A model generated the notes under the pieces. That model ran no database searches and was not told the origin of the DNA. It saw nothing but the letters and a program-made list of their open reading frames with translations. From Chiloscyllium plagiosum (lineage: Eukaryota), in NCBI RefSeq assembly GCF_004010195.1, contig NC_057719.1, forward strand, positions 12,340,207 through 12,401,610: DNA of 61,404 nucleotides, in the 5' to 3' direction. Shown piece by piece: positions 38,457 through 51,962 of this stretch (position 1 is the first letter of the stretch; every line of letters begins with the position of its first letter). The position numbers and the translations under genes were made by a program.

Positions 38457-40123
38457 CTTGCATCCTTGAGGTTAGACGGGTACGAGATGAATTGATGAAA
38501 ACAAATAAAATCCTGAAGGGTCTTATCAGCATGCCTGTGCAAAAGATGTTTCTGCTTCTGTGAGAACTCAGCTTTAGGTGTCACCATTTAAAAATCAGGC
38601 ATTGGCCATTTAAAATCAAGGTGAGGCAAATATTTTCTTTTGAGTATTGTGACTCTTTCTCAAAAGGGGCATAGAATACAAGAGTAAGCAAGTGATTGTA
38701 GAACTTGTAAATGACACTTGTTACACCCGGTGTGGAATATTGTGCACAGTTAGGGGCGCCACACTGCAGGAAAGATGTGAATGTATTGGCGAGAGTGCAG
38801 AGGCGATTTATAGAATGGTTCCAGGAATGAGGAACTTCAGTGATGAGGATAGATTGAAGAAATTGGGACTGTTGTTCCTGGAGAGAAGAAGGCTGAGACA
38901 AAATCTGATTGAGGTGTTCAAAATCATGAGCTACTGGTCAGAATACATAGGGGGAAACTGTACTCTTGTAAAAGAAAGGGCTTGGATTTAAGTTGACGTG
39001 CAAACAATGCAAGGATAATGTGAGAAAAAAACCGTTAGGGTATGGAATGCACTGCCTGGAAATGTGGTGGAGCCAGGTTCAATTGAGGCATTCAAGAGGG
39101 TCTGGCATGATTATTTGGATAGAAATGGTACCCAGAGATACAGGGGGGAAAAGGCAGAAGATTGGCACTAAGTACTAGAACCAGTGTAGGCATGATGCGT
39201 CAAATGACCACCTTCTCCATTGTTTCCACCACCTTTCCACAGAATTTCAGAGTTCTTAAATCTTTTTAAGACAGTGGTAATGGGTGCTTTTGTTATAAAG
39301 AAATGGATGAAAGTTTATTGGGATAGGTAGGAACCTGGGGTAATCAGGTCAGCTGTGATCTTACTTAATGGCCGAGCAGTCTCCAGTGGGGCTGCTACTC
39401 CTAATTTGTTCTACAATCCTGTGAGAATATCCAGCAGCATCCAGGGGAGCTCAAGAGAAAGATAGTTGGCCAAGGTTGTTGCTGCACATTTCAGCGATAC
39501 TGGGCAAAATGAGCAGAGACAAAAATAGAAATTGCTGGAAAAGCTCAGCAAGTCTGGCAGCATCTGTGGAGAGAAATCAGAGTTAACATTTCGGGTCAAG
39601 TGACCCTTTGTCAGATTGTCTCTGATTTTCAGCATCTGCAGTTCTTTGGGTTTTTACTTAAATTGAGCAGAAAGTTGTGTACCGCTGAGCCATTACAGAA
39701 CTGACACTGCCCCTTAATGGTGTGCAGTTAACTTCTGCACTAACTTTCTCAAGAGGTCATTATGCATATGTATGCCTTGATGGTGATTTTTCTCCTGCCT
39801 TTTGAGATAGGAGCATCTCAGTCTCATCTTCCCACTCATCCCAGACTTATAGCAGGGGCAACCAGGTAGGGAGCAAGAGTGGGATTCTTCATTTGTTTCT
39901 TTTCCACCTCCCTTCTACTTCCTCCCCCTTTCCCCTAACTCATGATACTGAGGTTAAAGTGCATCTGAGCCACCAACTGCTGAGATCAACTAACCTGGCA
40001 TAGAACATGGATTAAGCTCATCAGCTGCCTATGATACGTAGCCGGTGCTGGGTTGTTTTATTGTTAAATCTCTAAAACAACAATGTGTGCTGCTTCTTTT
40101 CACAGAAATCTGAGATTGAATCT

Positions 40124-40156
40124 ATGTTGTCAGATGAACTAGAATCCAAGCCTGAG
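40124..40156 (+). CDS. ZNF410: ZNF410 first coding exon (exon 40106-40156; CDS MLSDELESKPE)
   Basis: ttttcacag acceptor at 40104-40105, ATG 40124, GAG|gtgagt donor at 40157; peptide matches the recalled N-terminus of vertebrate ZNF410; ends phase 0. Confidence 0.93.
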
Positions 40157-40722
40157 GTGAGTTGCAACAACTCTCTTAACTTATTGATTCAGGTTTGCAG
40201 TTTAAATTTCTTAGATTGTTTGGTGAAAGCCTCTTAGCATTATCAACTTCAGGGTGGCCTAAGAGCTTTGTTTTATGTATTTGAAGTGTTTTTGAAAATT
40301 GTTGAAGTATAGGAAAAGTGGCAGCTGATTTGTGAACAGCAAAAGACAATATTGTGTATTTGTTTAGGAGATTTTTGGTGGCTGGGTCAGTATTTATTGT
40401 CCATCCAGAATTACCTGTGAGAATTTAGTGGTGAACTGTCACCTTTAAACCTTTTGCATGCAGCCTGTTATAGGTATATCCACTGTGCAATCACTGAGTA
40501 AAGTTTTAGATCTGTGGACTGACAAGTGTCCAGGCCATGTTGAACTTCATCCTAGGATCTTAGTAGCAAATTGGTTAGTAAAATAGTTGATGCATTGGGT
40601 TTAAGTTCCCAAAACTCCCTTTATGTGTCTAAGATCCTGTTAGATTGGAATTTGGTGAAAGTAACTCTTTTAATCAAAAGGAAGCCAGAAAGCAGAAAAT
40701 CAGAGACTAATGGTTGACATTA

Positions 40723-41830
40723 TCATGGAATACAGGGAGAACTAGCCATTTGGATACAGAACTAGCTCAAAGGTAGAAGACAGAGGGTGGTGGTAGAGGG
40801 TTGCTTTTCAGACTGGAGGCCTGTGATCAGTGGTGTGCCACAAGGATCAGTGCTTTGTCCACTGCTTTTCGTCATTTATATAAATGATATGGATGTGATG
40901 AAGGAAGGCGTAGTTAGTAAATTTGCAGGTGACACCAAAATTGGAGAGTTAGTGGACAGCGAAGAAGGCTACCTCAGATTATAACGGGATCTTGATCACG
41001 TGGGTCAATGGGCTGAGGAGAGGCAGATGGAGTTTAATTTAGATAAATGCGAGGTGATGCAGTTTGGGAAAGCAAGTCAGAGCAGGACTTATACACTTAT
41101 TCGTAAGGTCCTAAGGAGTGATGCTGAACAAAGACACCTTGGAGTGCAGGTTCATAGCTCCTTGAAAGTAGAATCACAGGTACATAGGTTAGTGAAGAAG
41201 GCATTTGGTATGTTTTCCTTTATGGTCACAGCATTGAGTACAGGAGTTGGGAGGTCATGTTGCAGCTGCACAGGACACTGGTTAGACCACTGTTGGAATA
41301 TTGCGTGCAATTCTGGTCTCCTTCCTATCGGAAGGATGTTGTGAAACTTGAAAAAGTTCAGAAAAGATTCACAAGGATGTTGCCAGGTTTGGAGGATTTG
41401 AGCAATAGGGAGAGGCTGAACATGCTAAGGCTGTTTTCCCTGGTGTGTTGGAGGCTGAGGGGTGACCTTATATAAGTTTATAAAATCATGAGGGGCATGG
41501 ATAGGATAAATAGACAAGGCCTTTTCCCTGTGGTTGGGGAGTCCAGAACGAGAGGGCATAGGTTTAGGGTGAGACGGGAAAGATATAAAACGGGCCTAAG
41601 GGACAACGTTTTCACACAGAAGGTGATGCATGTATGGAATGCGTTGCTGAGGAAGTGGTGGAGGCTGGTATAATTACAGCATTTAAAAGGCATCTGGATG
41701 GGTATATGAATAGGAAGGGTTTAGAGGGGCATGGGCCAGGTGCTGGCAAATGGGACTAGATTAAGTTAGGATATCTGGCTGGCATGGACGTGTTGGACCG
41801 AAGGGTCTGTTTCCATGCTGTATATGTCTT
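40723..41830 (+). mobile_element. CR1 LINE 3' fragment (~1.1 kb)
   Basis: ORFs 40787..40984 (GVPQGSVL), 41257..41475, 41488..41673. Confidence 0.88.
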
Positions 41831-43552
41831 AACTGCCCTCAGGGTATTTAGGGATTGGCAATAAATGTTGGCCTAACCTGCAATACACTCACAATGAATT
41901 AATTTTAGAAAAAGTTACCTTAATACCTCTCATAAGGAAAATGGAAGAGGTTATTAATAAAGGGGTTATTAATAAAGAGTTAAAGCAGGGCACATGGATA
42001 AGTTAAGGTAATCAGAAGCAACGTAATTTTTGTGAAAAGCTCTCTGTTGGTGTGCTTTTGGAAAGTAATATGCACTGTGGATAAAGGGGAACTGGCGGAA
42101 GTACTGTACATAATTTCCAGAAGGCATTTGATAAGGTTTCTCATCAAAGGTTATTATTAAAAATATAATTTTACCATCTCGGGAGTAACGCATTGAGATG
42201 GATAAAACTTTTAGCTGGCTAGCATGAAGCAGAGAATAGGCATGGAGGGATCTTTTTCAGGTTGTCAGGGTATATTGACTGGTCTGCGAGAGGGATTTGT
42301 GCTGTGACTGCAACTGTTTACAATTCATGTCAATGATCTGGGTGACAAAATGGAAACTATTGTTGCTAAGTTTGCTGATGACACAAAGATTGGAAAGAAA
42401 TTAGGTTGTGAAGTGAGTACGAGAAGATAGATTGATTAAATGAGTGGGGGCAAAGATGTGGCAACTGGGGGAAGATTCAAATTGTCTATTTTGGCAGGAA
42501 GGATAAAACAACATTATGTAAAAGGCAAGAATTCTTTTTTGTTTACTCATGCGATGTGGCTGTCATTGGCTGGCCAGCATTTATGGCCTGTCTCTAGTTG
42601 CCTTTGACTCTGTAATGGTGAGTTTTTTTTTGAACTGCTGCAGTCCATGTAATGTAAGTAGATTATATACTTCTGAGATCTCGAGGGATCCATGTGTCTT
42701 TAGGCGTAGATCACTGAAGGCTAATATAAAGTAATTTTGAAAGCTAATAGAATGTTATCATTTATTGCAAGGGGAATTGAATACAAAAGTATGGAGGATA
42801 TGCTTCAGTTATTTAAGGCATTAGTGGGACTGCATCTGGAGGACTGAGTGCTGTATTAGTCATCATATTTAAGGAAGGAAACAAATGCTTTGGAGGCAGT
42901 TAAGAGAATGAATTCATAAAATGGACTTGTAGTGTAATGAGGACAGGTTAGGTTTATATCTGTTGGAGAGTAAGAAGTGACTTAATTCAAATATATATAT
43001 TTCTGAATGGTCTTGACAGGGTAGATGGGAAAAGGATATGGGAGAATGTAGAACTCGGGATCATTGTTTTGAATGTCAATCCCAGATTCTGGTTCGTGAG
43101 TCTTTGGAACTCTTGATGGAACCAGCAATTAGTTGAAACGTTATTGAATATGCATATTGGAAGGTAGATTTGAATTACAATTAGATCTGTCTTGATCATA
43201 TTGAATTATGGAGCAGGCTTAAGGGGCTGAATGGCCTAATCTTGTGCGTAGTTCATGTGTTTTTATGTTAGACAGGGCGTTCCAGGATTTTGACCAAAGT
43301 GACTGTGATGGAACAGCGATACATTTCTCAATGGGGATGATGAGTGGTTCGGAGTTGTTGATGTTCTCAAGTGTTGTCTGCCCTTATCCTTCCAGCTGGC
43401 AGTGGTTGTGGGTTTGAGAGGGGTTGTCTAAAGAATCTTGGTGAGTTTGTACAGCTTGAGTTATATGGCATGGAAACAGACCCACACCCCAACCGTGTTC
43501 CCAAACTAAACTAGTCCCATCATCTGCATTTGGCCAATACCTCTCCAACCTT

Positions 43553-43742
43553 ATAAAATAATAAAAGCAAATTACTGCGGATGCTGGAGTCTGAAACCAA
43601 AAAAGAAAATGCTGGCAAATCTCAGCAGTTCTGAGATTCAAAGCTTTGACAAAGGGTCAGTTAGACTCGAAACGTCAGCTCTTTTCTCTCCTTACAGATG
43701 CTGCCAGACCTGCTGAGATTTTCCAGCATCTTCTTTGGTTTC
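43553..43742. mobile_element. Fold-back PLE-like mini-insertion with variant hammerhead (UUGACAA...GAAACGUC)
   Basis: 14-bp TSD ACCTCTCCAACCTT at 43539-43552 and 43743-43756; inverted arms. Confidence 0.78.
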
Positions 43743-43889
43743 ACCTCTCCAACCTTTCCTATTCATGAACTTATTCAAATGTCTTTTAAATGTTGTATCT
43801 GTACCTACATCCACTACTTCCTCTGGCTCAGTGGTTAGCACTGCAGCCTCATAGTGCCAGGGACACGGGTTCGATTCCAGCCTCTGGCG

Positions 43890-44587
43890 TCTATGCCTGT
43901 GACCAGTGGAGTGCCACAAGGATTGATACTGGGTCTTCTACTTTTTATCATTTACATAAATGATTTGGATGTGAGCATAAGAGGTACAGATAGTAAGTTT
44001 GCAGATGACACCAAAATTGGTGGTGTAGTGGACAGCAGGATCAGATTACAACAGGATCTTGACCAGATGGACCAATGGGCTGAGAAGTGGCAGGTGGAGT
44101 TTAATTCAGATAATGCGAGGTGCTGCATTTTGGGAAAGCAAATCTGAGCAGGACTTATACACTTAATGGTAAGGTCCTAGGGAGTGTTGCTAAACAAAGA
44201 GACCTTGGAGTGNNNNNNNNNNNNNNNNNNNNNNNNNNNNNNNNNNNNNNNNNNNNNNNNNNNNNNNNNNNNNNNNNNNNNNNNNNNNNNNNNNNNNNNN
44301 NNNNGGGATCGGGGAGTCCAGAACTAGAGGGCATAAGTTTACGGTGAGAGGGGAAAGACATAAAAGAGACCTACGGGGCAACGCTTTCACACAGAGGGTG
44401 GTATGGGTATGGAATGAGCTGCCAGAGCAAGTGGTGGAGGTTGGTACAATTGCAACATTTAAGAGTCATTTGGATGGGTATATGAATAGGAAGGGTTTGG
44501 AGGGATATGCGTGCTGGCAGGTGGGACTAGATTGGGTTGGGATATCTGGTTGAACCGAAGGGTCTCTTTCCATGCTGTACATCTCTG
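43890..44587 (+). mobile_element. CR1 LINE 3' fragment spanning an assembly gap, nested in an HE1 SINE
   Basis: GVPQG...FADDTKIGG; 3' end at ~44585. Confidence 0.82.
44213..44304. other. Assembly gap (92 N)
   Basis: Run of N inside a CR1 copy. Confidence 0.99.
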
Positions 44588-46572
44588 TGCAAACTCCACA
44601 TAGAGTCATATTCTCCCCATGTCTGTGGGTTTCCTCCCACAATCCAAAGATGTGCAGTTCAGGTGGATTGGCCATAGATTGCCTATAATGTTAGGTGCAT
44701 TAGTCAGAGGGAGATGGGTCTGGGTGGGTTACTCTTCAGAGAGTCGGTGTGGACTTGTTGGGCCAAATGGTCTTTTCCACACTGTTGGGAATCTAATTTA
44801 ATCTCCGGCAATTCATTCCACATGCAAACCACACTGTTTTTTAAAAAAAAGTTGCCCCTCACATCCTTCTTAAATCTTTCTCTGCTCACCTTAAAAATAT
44901 GTCCCATTGTTTTGAACTCCCCCACCTTTCAGGCAGAAGACCGTTGCTATTCCCCTTGTCTATGCCCCTCATGATTTAATAACTTCTATAACGTCACCCC
45001 TCAACCTCCTCCACTTGAGAAAAAAGTCCCAGTCTATTTTTTTATAACTCAAATTCTCCAGTCCTGGTAACATCCTGCTGACTTGTTTCTGAACCCTCTC
45101 CAGTTAAATAATAACCTCCCTACAACAGAGCGACCAGAACTGTGCACAGTACTCTAGAAGAAGCCTCACCAACATCCTGTACAATCTCAACTGGATGTCC
45201 CAACTCCTATACTCAAAGGCCTGAGCAATGAAGGCAAACATGCTGCTGTTGCCTTAACCACTCTTTCTACCTGTGATGCAAATTTCAAAGAATTACGTAC
45301 CTGAATGCCAACACTACCCAGTGTTGAAGATGGTAGACACTTTTACTGAGCGCTGCGAAGCGAAGGAGTGAATCTTTGTTGATGTGGTGCTCATCAAGTG
45401 AGTTGTTTTCTCCTGAAAGTATCAAGTTTCTTGAGCGTTGATGGAGCTGTGTTCATCCAGGCAAGTGGGAAGTACTTCAATAAACCCCTGACTTGAACCT
45501 TGTAGACTGTGAGCAGGCTTTGGGGAGTCAGGCGATGACCGATTTGATGCAAGATTTCTAGCCTCTGACCTGCTCTTGTAGCCACAATATTTATGTGGCT
45601 AATCTAGTTCAGTTTCTGGTAAGTAGTAAACCTAAAGCTGTTGATGGTAGGGGATTCAGCAATTGTAATGTCATTGAGTAATAAGGGATGCTGGTTTGAT
45701 TCTCTTGTTGGAGGTGTTTGCTGCCACTGGCATTCAGGTGGCACAAATATCACATGCCACTTGTCAGCCTAAACCTTGATATTGTCGAGGTCTTGCTGCA
45801 TTTGTACATGGACTTTTCATTATCTGAGGAGTTGTGAATAGTGCTGAACCCTGTGCAATCATCAGCAAATATCCCCACTACTGATGGAGGGAAGGTGAAA
45901 ATGGTTAGGCCGAGTACACTACCCTGAGGAATCCCTGCAGAGATGTCCTGGAGCTGAGGTAACTCCAGCAACCATTTTCCTATGTGCCAGCTATGACTCC
46001 AACCAGCAGAGAGTTTCCCCCTAGGTTCCCATGGGCTCTAGTTTTGCTCGTTAATGTATTTTAGTGATTTTGATCAAGGAATAAATATTGTTTAGGACTC
46101 TGGTGAAAGCTCTTTATTGAAGAAAGCCTTGCTGACTTTGACATCCATCAAAAGCCAGACTGGGTCTTGATTTGAAGTGTGCTGCAAAAGATGGTGCCTC
46201 TAGCAGTGCAGCACTCCGAGTATTCCACTGAAGTGTCACCTCAGATTATTTATACAATGAGTTGCCCCCCCCCATGATTTCCTGACTCCAAGACAAAAGT
46301 ACTGCCACTGTGACAACTTCAAACACCATACACACTACCAGCCTAATCATTCTTTGTCAGATTTGGGCTCAGTATAACAAGTGTTATTATAACCATGGTC
46401 CTCAGTTGAATCCTCCTGCTCTGGGACTATTCAGGAATTTTGACTAGTGCCTCTGGTGAGGCGTGATTTGCTGTGTTAAAAGCACTATATGAGTACAAGG
46501 ATTTTTTTTTGCCGAAGACAGGCAATTAGTACTCATATTGTTAGACCTACTCTGTGAACTGTGAGGTTAACT

Positions 46573-46712
46573 GCGGTTCTGAAGAAGGGTCACTAGACCC
46601 AAAACGTTAACCCTGCTTTCTCCCCACAGATGCTGCCAGATCTGCTGAGTTTTTCTTGCAATTTCTGATTTTGTTTCTGATCTTCCAGCATCTGCAGTCC
46701 TTTGTTTTTTTT
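46573..46712 (+). mobile_element. PLE-like family C terminal repeat with hammerhead carrying a G12-to-A change
   Basis: GGUU-CUGAAGA-A-GGGUC(ACUA)GACCC-AAA-ACGU-U-AACC at 46575-46612; TSD TGTG(A/T)GGTTAACT at 46560-46572 / 46713-46725. Confidence 0.72.
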
Positions 46713-47242
46713 TGTGTGGTTAACTCCACTACCCAATATTCGTGGACTTCTTGTCAAGCCTGAGACTGTACTTGTAACTTCCCCTTCCTTACCTCAAACT
46801 CCTCTCAGTTGCTCACTTGCAGCATTAAGATTGGCTTTGCTTAAAGCAGAGTTGACGTCTCCATAATTCCCAGCTGTCCTCAACTCCTATGAAGTGTACA
46901 AAAGAAGTCCTTACACCCTCCGTGCTCCTGTTGTCTCTCTGTGAAGTGAACCACTGCTCTTCCACTTTGTAACTTGAGAGAGAGTACCATGTGAATTCTC
47001 GACCTTCTGAGCCCCAAGGGGACACTGGTGATTCCGTTGTTAAATGAGACCTAAATGGACTTTGACAGTAAATAAGGTGTGGCTTCAGGTATTCTCATGG
47101 TTATGACATTCATGATTTACTGTAACCTTGGAATCGTTTACTCTCTCTTGTCTGTCCTGTATTGTTGTTCTACCACCAGGTATCATAGCACTGTCATGTG
47201 TTTAGATTTAACTGCTGATGTTCTGACCTGCTTTATTTACAG

Positions 47243-47378
47243 TTGCTGGTACAGTTTGTCCAGAATACTTTCATACCATTGGGAAAAGGGTTTGAGGAGC
47301 CAGAACAGAGTGCTGGCCAATGTCTGCCTCCAAGCAAAGGCAGTGATAATACATTAGATAACCAAGCTCCAGTCTCTG
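47243..47378 (+). CDS. ZNF410: ZNF410 coding exon 2 (LLVQFVQNTFIPLGKGFEEPEQ...QAPVS)
   Basis: tttatttacag acceptor, G|gtaagt donor, 136 nt, phase 0 to 1; matches recalled ZNF410 LLVQFVQNTSIPLG. Confidence 0.92.
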
Positions 47379-49040
47379 GTAAGTGAAACAGAGTCTCTGC
47401 AATAAAGCAAACTCCAGTGAATACTGAAAATCTAAAATAAAAGCAGAAAGTGGTGGAGAAACTCAGCAGGTCTGGGAGCATCTGAGGAGAGAGAGAGACA
47501 ATTAACGTTTTGAGTCCAGTTTGACTCTTCTTCTGAAGAACTGCGGACACTAAATCAGAACCAAAAACAAGTTGCTAGAAAAGCTCAGCAGGTCTGGCAA
47601 CAGCTGTGAAGAGAAACCAAAGTTAACATTTCGGGTCCGGCGACCCTTCGAGTTCAATCAAGGGATGGGTCATCGGACCGGAAACGTTAACTTTGCTTAA
47701 CCTGCTGAGCTTTTCCAGCAACTTCTGTTTTGACTCTTCTTGTGAACTGATGAGCTTATTAAAAGAAAAAGAAGTTACTTCAGAAACCTCTGCAAAGTGG
47801 GAATGTGAGAGACTCCATAATTTTGCAGGGTGGATTTAAATATTTTTCCATGAAACTTTCCTTGTTACAGTGATGGGCAATGGGTTTGCGTTTCATTTTT
47901 GAGGTGTGCTGTTGGCTTTGAGCCGTTGTTTTCTAAGTTCCAAACCAACAAAGTGCCAAGCATCCCTCCTCTTACATTTTCTCCTGTGGTCTCTGAACAA
48001 TAAGGTCAGTTTGTGGGAAATGATAAGGCAGAAATGTAAAGGAGACGATTAACAAGTGAAAGAAGCCGTGATCAAGGGGAAAAAAGTGACATGAGGGGAA
48101 AGCTATGTGGTCTAAGGCTTGAAAGAAATGTAAAGACGATTGGAAGTTGAATGTTTAATCTCTGTTCGACACCATTTGAATCTAGGTGATGAAGCTCTCT
48201 ACATCTAGCCATCTCCCCTCTAATTTCTCAGTTGAGTTGCAGTTAGGCTGACATATTATGACAGGGATCAGTGATTTGGATTCTGCTGTTGGAAGCTTCG
48301 CAATTGCTACTGTTCAAGTGTAAGATCAAAAAGAGCATGGAGCAGCATATTTAGGGGCCAAGAGCTTTTATCTTTTCTGATGTGTGCACTTATAGTGGGA
48401 GTTGTTAAAGATACCCAAATATTTACCTTAAGGTAATGTTTTTTTAAAAAAAACATACTTTTTTTTAAGTTCCTAATTGAGAAGAACTGCAAAGTGTTTC
48501 GGGATCGATAACAGCAAAAGAAATTGAGCGACAAGACACCACGTTGACTCAATTCAAAATGTGAGGAGCTGGGACAAGCCGCAGAGCAGATGGTAGGCTG
48601 GCTGAAACAACAAAGTGAGAGGGCGTCAATGGCTAAAGTAGTTACTGAAACTGATTACAAGTAGGAAACTATATTTTACAGGGACCAAAGAATGAGAAGT
48701 GCAATTTTAAAATTTGCAGGCGATGTGGAGCTGCATCTTTTTTTCCCATTTGTGGGATGTAAGCCTTGCTGGCTGGCCTAGCACTTATTGCATATCCAAA
48801 AATGTCTGTGAGCTGAGTGGCTTGTTGGGTTATTTCAAATGTCTGCTCCATAACTGTGGGTCTGGAGTCACATGTCGGCCAGACCAGGTAAGGACAGCAG
48901 ATTTCCTTCCGTAAAGTACGTTAGTGAATCGGGTGGGTTTTACCGACAATTAGCTATGATATGTGGTCGCCATTAGACTAGCTTTTAAATTCCAGATTTG
49001 TATTAAATTTATATTCCAGCACCTACTGTTGTGGGATTTT

Positions 49041-49237
49041 GGGGTCGGTTAGCTCAGTTGCCTGTGATGCAGCATGAATTTAGTTCCCGCACCAGCTGAG
49101 GTTACCATAAGTGGCTCTCCTCAATCTCTCCTCTTGCCTGAGGCATGGTGACCCTCAGATTAAACCATTATCAAGTATCTACCTCTAACTACAGAATAGC
49201 CATGTGATTCGGTAGGATTACAGTAACTTCACCTTTT
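49041..49237 (+). mobile_element. tRNA-derived SINE of uncertain family; second copy ~31780-31965
   Basis: ggttagctcagttg head; shared agctgaggtta...tggtgaccctcag.ttaaac block in both copies. Confidence 0.5.
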
Positions 49238-49614
49238 ATTGTGGGATTCTAACTCATTTTCCCAGAACACTAGCCTGGGGTTCTGAATTACTCATCCAGT
49301 GACATTGCCACTACCTCTGAGTGACTGTGACAAAATACAGGAAAATATTACATTATGGAATGTTCTTGTTATTAGCAAATTAATTTAAATATAGGCAAGT
49401 ACAAGGGCTAAACTTTGCTGGGTGAATACGATCATATGGATTTTGGAAAGTCAGCATCAAGGTGTAATGGATTTAGGATTACAGACTAACAAATCAGTAT
49501 TTGTAGTCAGCATCTGCAGTCCTTGTTTTTACCTAGTTGGGTTAATAAGCTTTATTTTAAAAATGTAAACTAAAAACCGTTTCCTTCCTGGAGGGAAACA
49601 GAAAACACATTGAG

Positions 49615-49857
49615 CTCTGTTTAGAGCATACTTGGGGTACTCTGAACAACCTGTCCTCTGTTAGAATAAATGCAAAAATAATACCAGAAGTGAGAGACTG
49701 TTAACTTCGGAAAAGATTAAGCAGAGTGGGGCTCTCTGTTTAGAGCATACTTGGGGTACTCTGAACAACCTGTCCTCTGTTGTTAGAATAAATGCAAAAA
49801 TAATACCAGAAGTGAGAGACTGTTACCTTCGGAAAAGATTAAGCAGGCTGGGGCTCT
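49615..49857. repeat. Tandem duplication, unit ~119-122 bp, two copies
   Basis: ctctgtttagagcatacttggggtactc... starts at 49615 and 49734, few differences. Confidence 0.9.
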
Positions 49858-51782
49858 TAGAAATAAGACTGAAATGTGACAAAAAGCCTCAAGGGTATCA
49901 AAGGGTTGATGTAAAGATGGTTTCCCTTGCAGTGAAGGCCATGCTTTGGGGCCACAAATGTTAGGTAGTCTGTAATAAAGCCAATAGGCCATTGAATGGG
50001 AGCCTCTTTACCCAGACGATAATTGAAAGATGGAACTCGCTGCCACAAGGGTAGTTGAGGTGAACAGTATTGGACATGTTCCAGGGAAGCTGGATAAACA
50101 AATAAAGGATAAAGGACTGGAAGGACACAATGGTGTTGGAAAGGATCTGCAGTATTTGTGTCACAAACATGTGCCTTGCTATCTAACCCCTCTGTGTTTA
50201 GCACTCTGTGTCTCCAATCACAATCAGTTTATTCTTAGCCTGCTTCATTGGCAGGGTGTGAAGTCTGGCTCTGCTCTTTGTTAATATAAAGGTCTGATTG
50301 TTTCAGCTGGTCACTGTGTAGTTTCTAAACTCACTTGCATTATAAGATCACAACAAACACATGCAGCTGGCCTGGAAATGATTTTACTTTGAAACAGATA
50401 TTTATTATATCTTCCCTTTTAATCATCAAATGCTTGAGATGTTGGGGACATGTAAACAGGCAGTCAGGCAATTAGTAAAGTGCTAATTTTTTTTGAATTG
50501 AGAAAATATTGTAATGTTCAACTGCACCCACCCCCACAGTGATCTTTCTCTGTTTTTTTAAAGGATGTTGATTGTTACTGGGTGCTTCAGCCTTCTGCTA
50601 TACTAACCTTGTAAACCTTGACAATGATCCTGGGCAGGCAGGTTAACTGTTGGTTGCATGATGCTCACAAACAGATTTTGTACTGATGCTGGTAATTGGG
50701 GGACAGGAAGTCGGGGTTTGCTGGACCACCATCAAGAGTGGGATCCTGAGCTACTTTTGTGTTTCCAATACTTGCTCCTCCCTGGCCTTGCACACAATTA
50801 CAAATGGGAGAAATTAATGACCTGTATCAGGCATTGGCATGGAGTGCTGGTCTGTCAAGAACCAACTCTGCTCCCAGATAGTGTTCCCATTTAACCCCTT
50901 TTATGGCACCTCAGATTCAAACACAAAATCCAGCTGATTGGGCTCCCACTTAAATGGAGTTGTCAAACTGAGGGACTGTCGCTGTCTTGCAAATGCTGTT
51001 TTGCAGAAGGTGTTGGGGAATTCACCACATTTTACTGGCTGGTATTTATCCCACCATCAACATCACAAAGAAACAAGGCTGCAATAGGGTTAAGGTCTGG
51101 TCATGTCCCTACCATGAGCCAGGAGCCTGGGTTCAGTCTCACCTTCAGTGGTGTGTAGTACTATCTCTGAATAGATTAGTTAGGAAATATCCTGAAAGGT
51201 CTGCTCTAAAGGCTCTTATGATACAGTGGTAGTGTGCTTATCTCTGAGCCAGGGACCCAGGTTCAAGTCCCACCTGTTCCAGTGGTGAGTACTAGCGTCT
51301 CTAAATAGGTTGATCAGAAAGTTCTGCTGTCTGCATTTTGCAAGAAAATCCATAGAGAGCGTATTGTTTTCTTTAGAGAATTTAAGTTCTCAATCATCTT
51401 TACACTATTTGAGTTTCTTAAAGCAGGGACAAGAACAGAGGTTCCTGGAAAAGCTGAGTGGTTCTGGCAGCATCTGTGAAGGGGAATCAAAGTTAACATT
51501 TTGGGTCTGGTGATCCTTCCTCTGCTGCCAGACCTCCTGAGCTTTTCCAGAAACCTCTATTTTTGTTTTTGTTTCTGATCTACAGCATTCAGTGTTCTTT
51601 TGGTTTTCATAAAGTAGGGCATTGGCCTATCCTCAACTTGTGTAATTCTTTTATTCTTTTTATAGAATAGTGTATTTCCTCTTTGATTTCTATACTGTCG
51701 AGTACTTAATTGACCTTGGGGTGCTTTGCAAAGTCCCGAGGCTTTGAAGGGCACTATATAAATGGAGCATGTGGTTTTCCAG

Positions 51783-51962
51783 GTGAACCCTCTGCCTCTG
51801 ACCCTGGGCTGCCAATTCAAGCTGAGGGACCTGATGCCAGAAGTGTGACTGCTGCCAATGAAAGCGTGGATGGGAGTACTCCATGGTATCTCCGTGTACA
51901 GGAATTAGCCCATGACAGTCTTGTGGCTGCAACTAGAGCAGAACTGGTGAAGGATTCCAAAG
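51783..51962 (+). CDS. ZNF410: ZNF410 coding exon (GEPSASD...STPWYLRVQELAHDSLVAATRAELVKDSK)
   Basis: ttttccag acceptor, AG|gtactg donor, 180 nt, phase 1 to 1; contains the conserved PWxLRVQELAHDSLxAATRA motif (visible in ORF 51710..51997). Confidence 0.92.

Noticed and set aside
48264..48432. Possible extra ZNF410 exon ending AAG|gtaatg
   Set aside because: The frame needed for a phase-1 junction has a TAA immediately before the donor; no similarity to ZNF410
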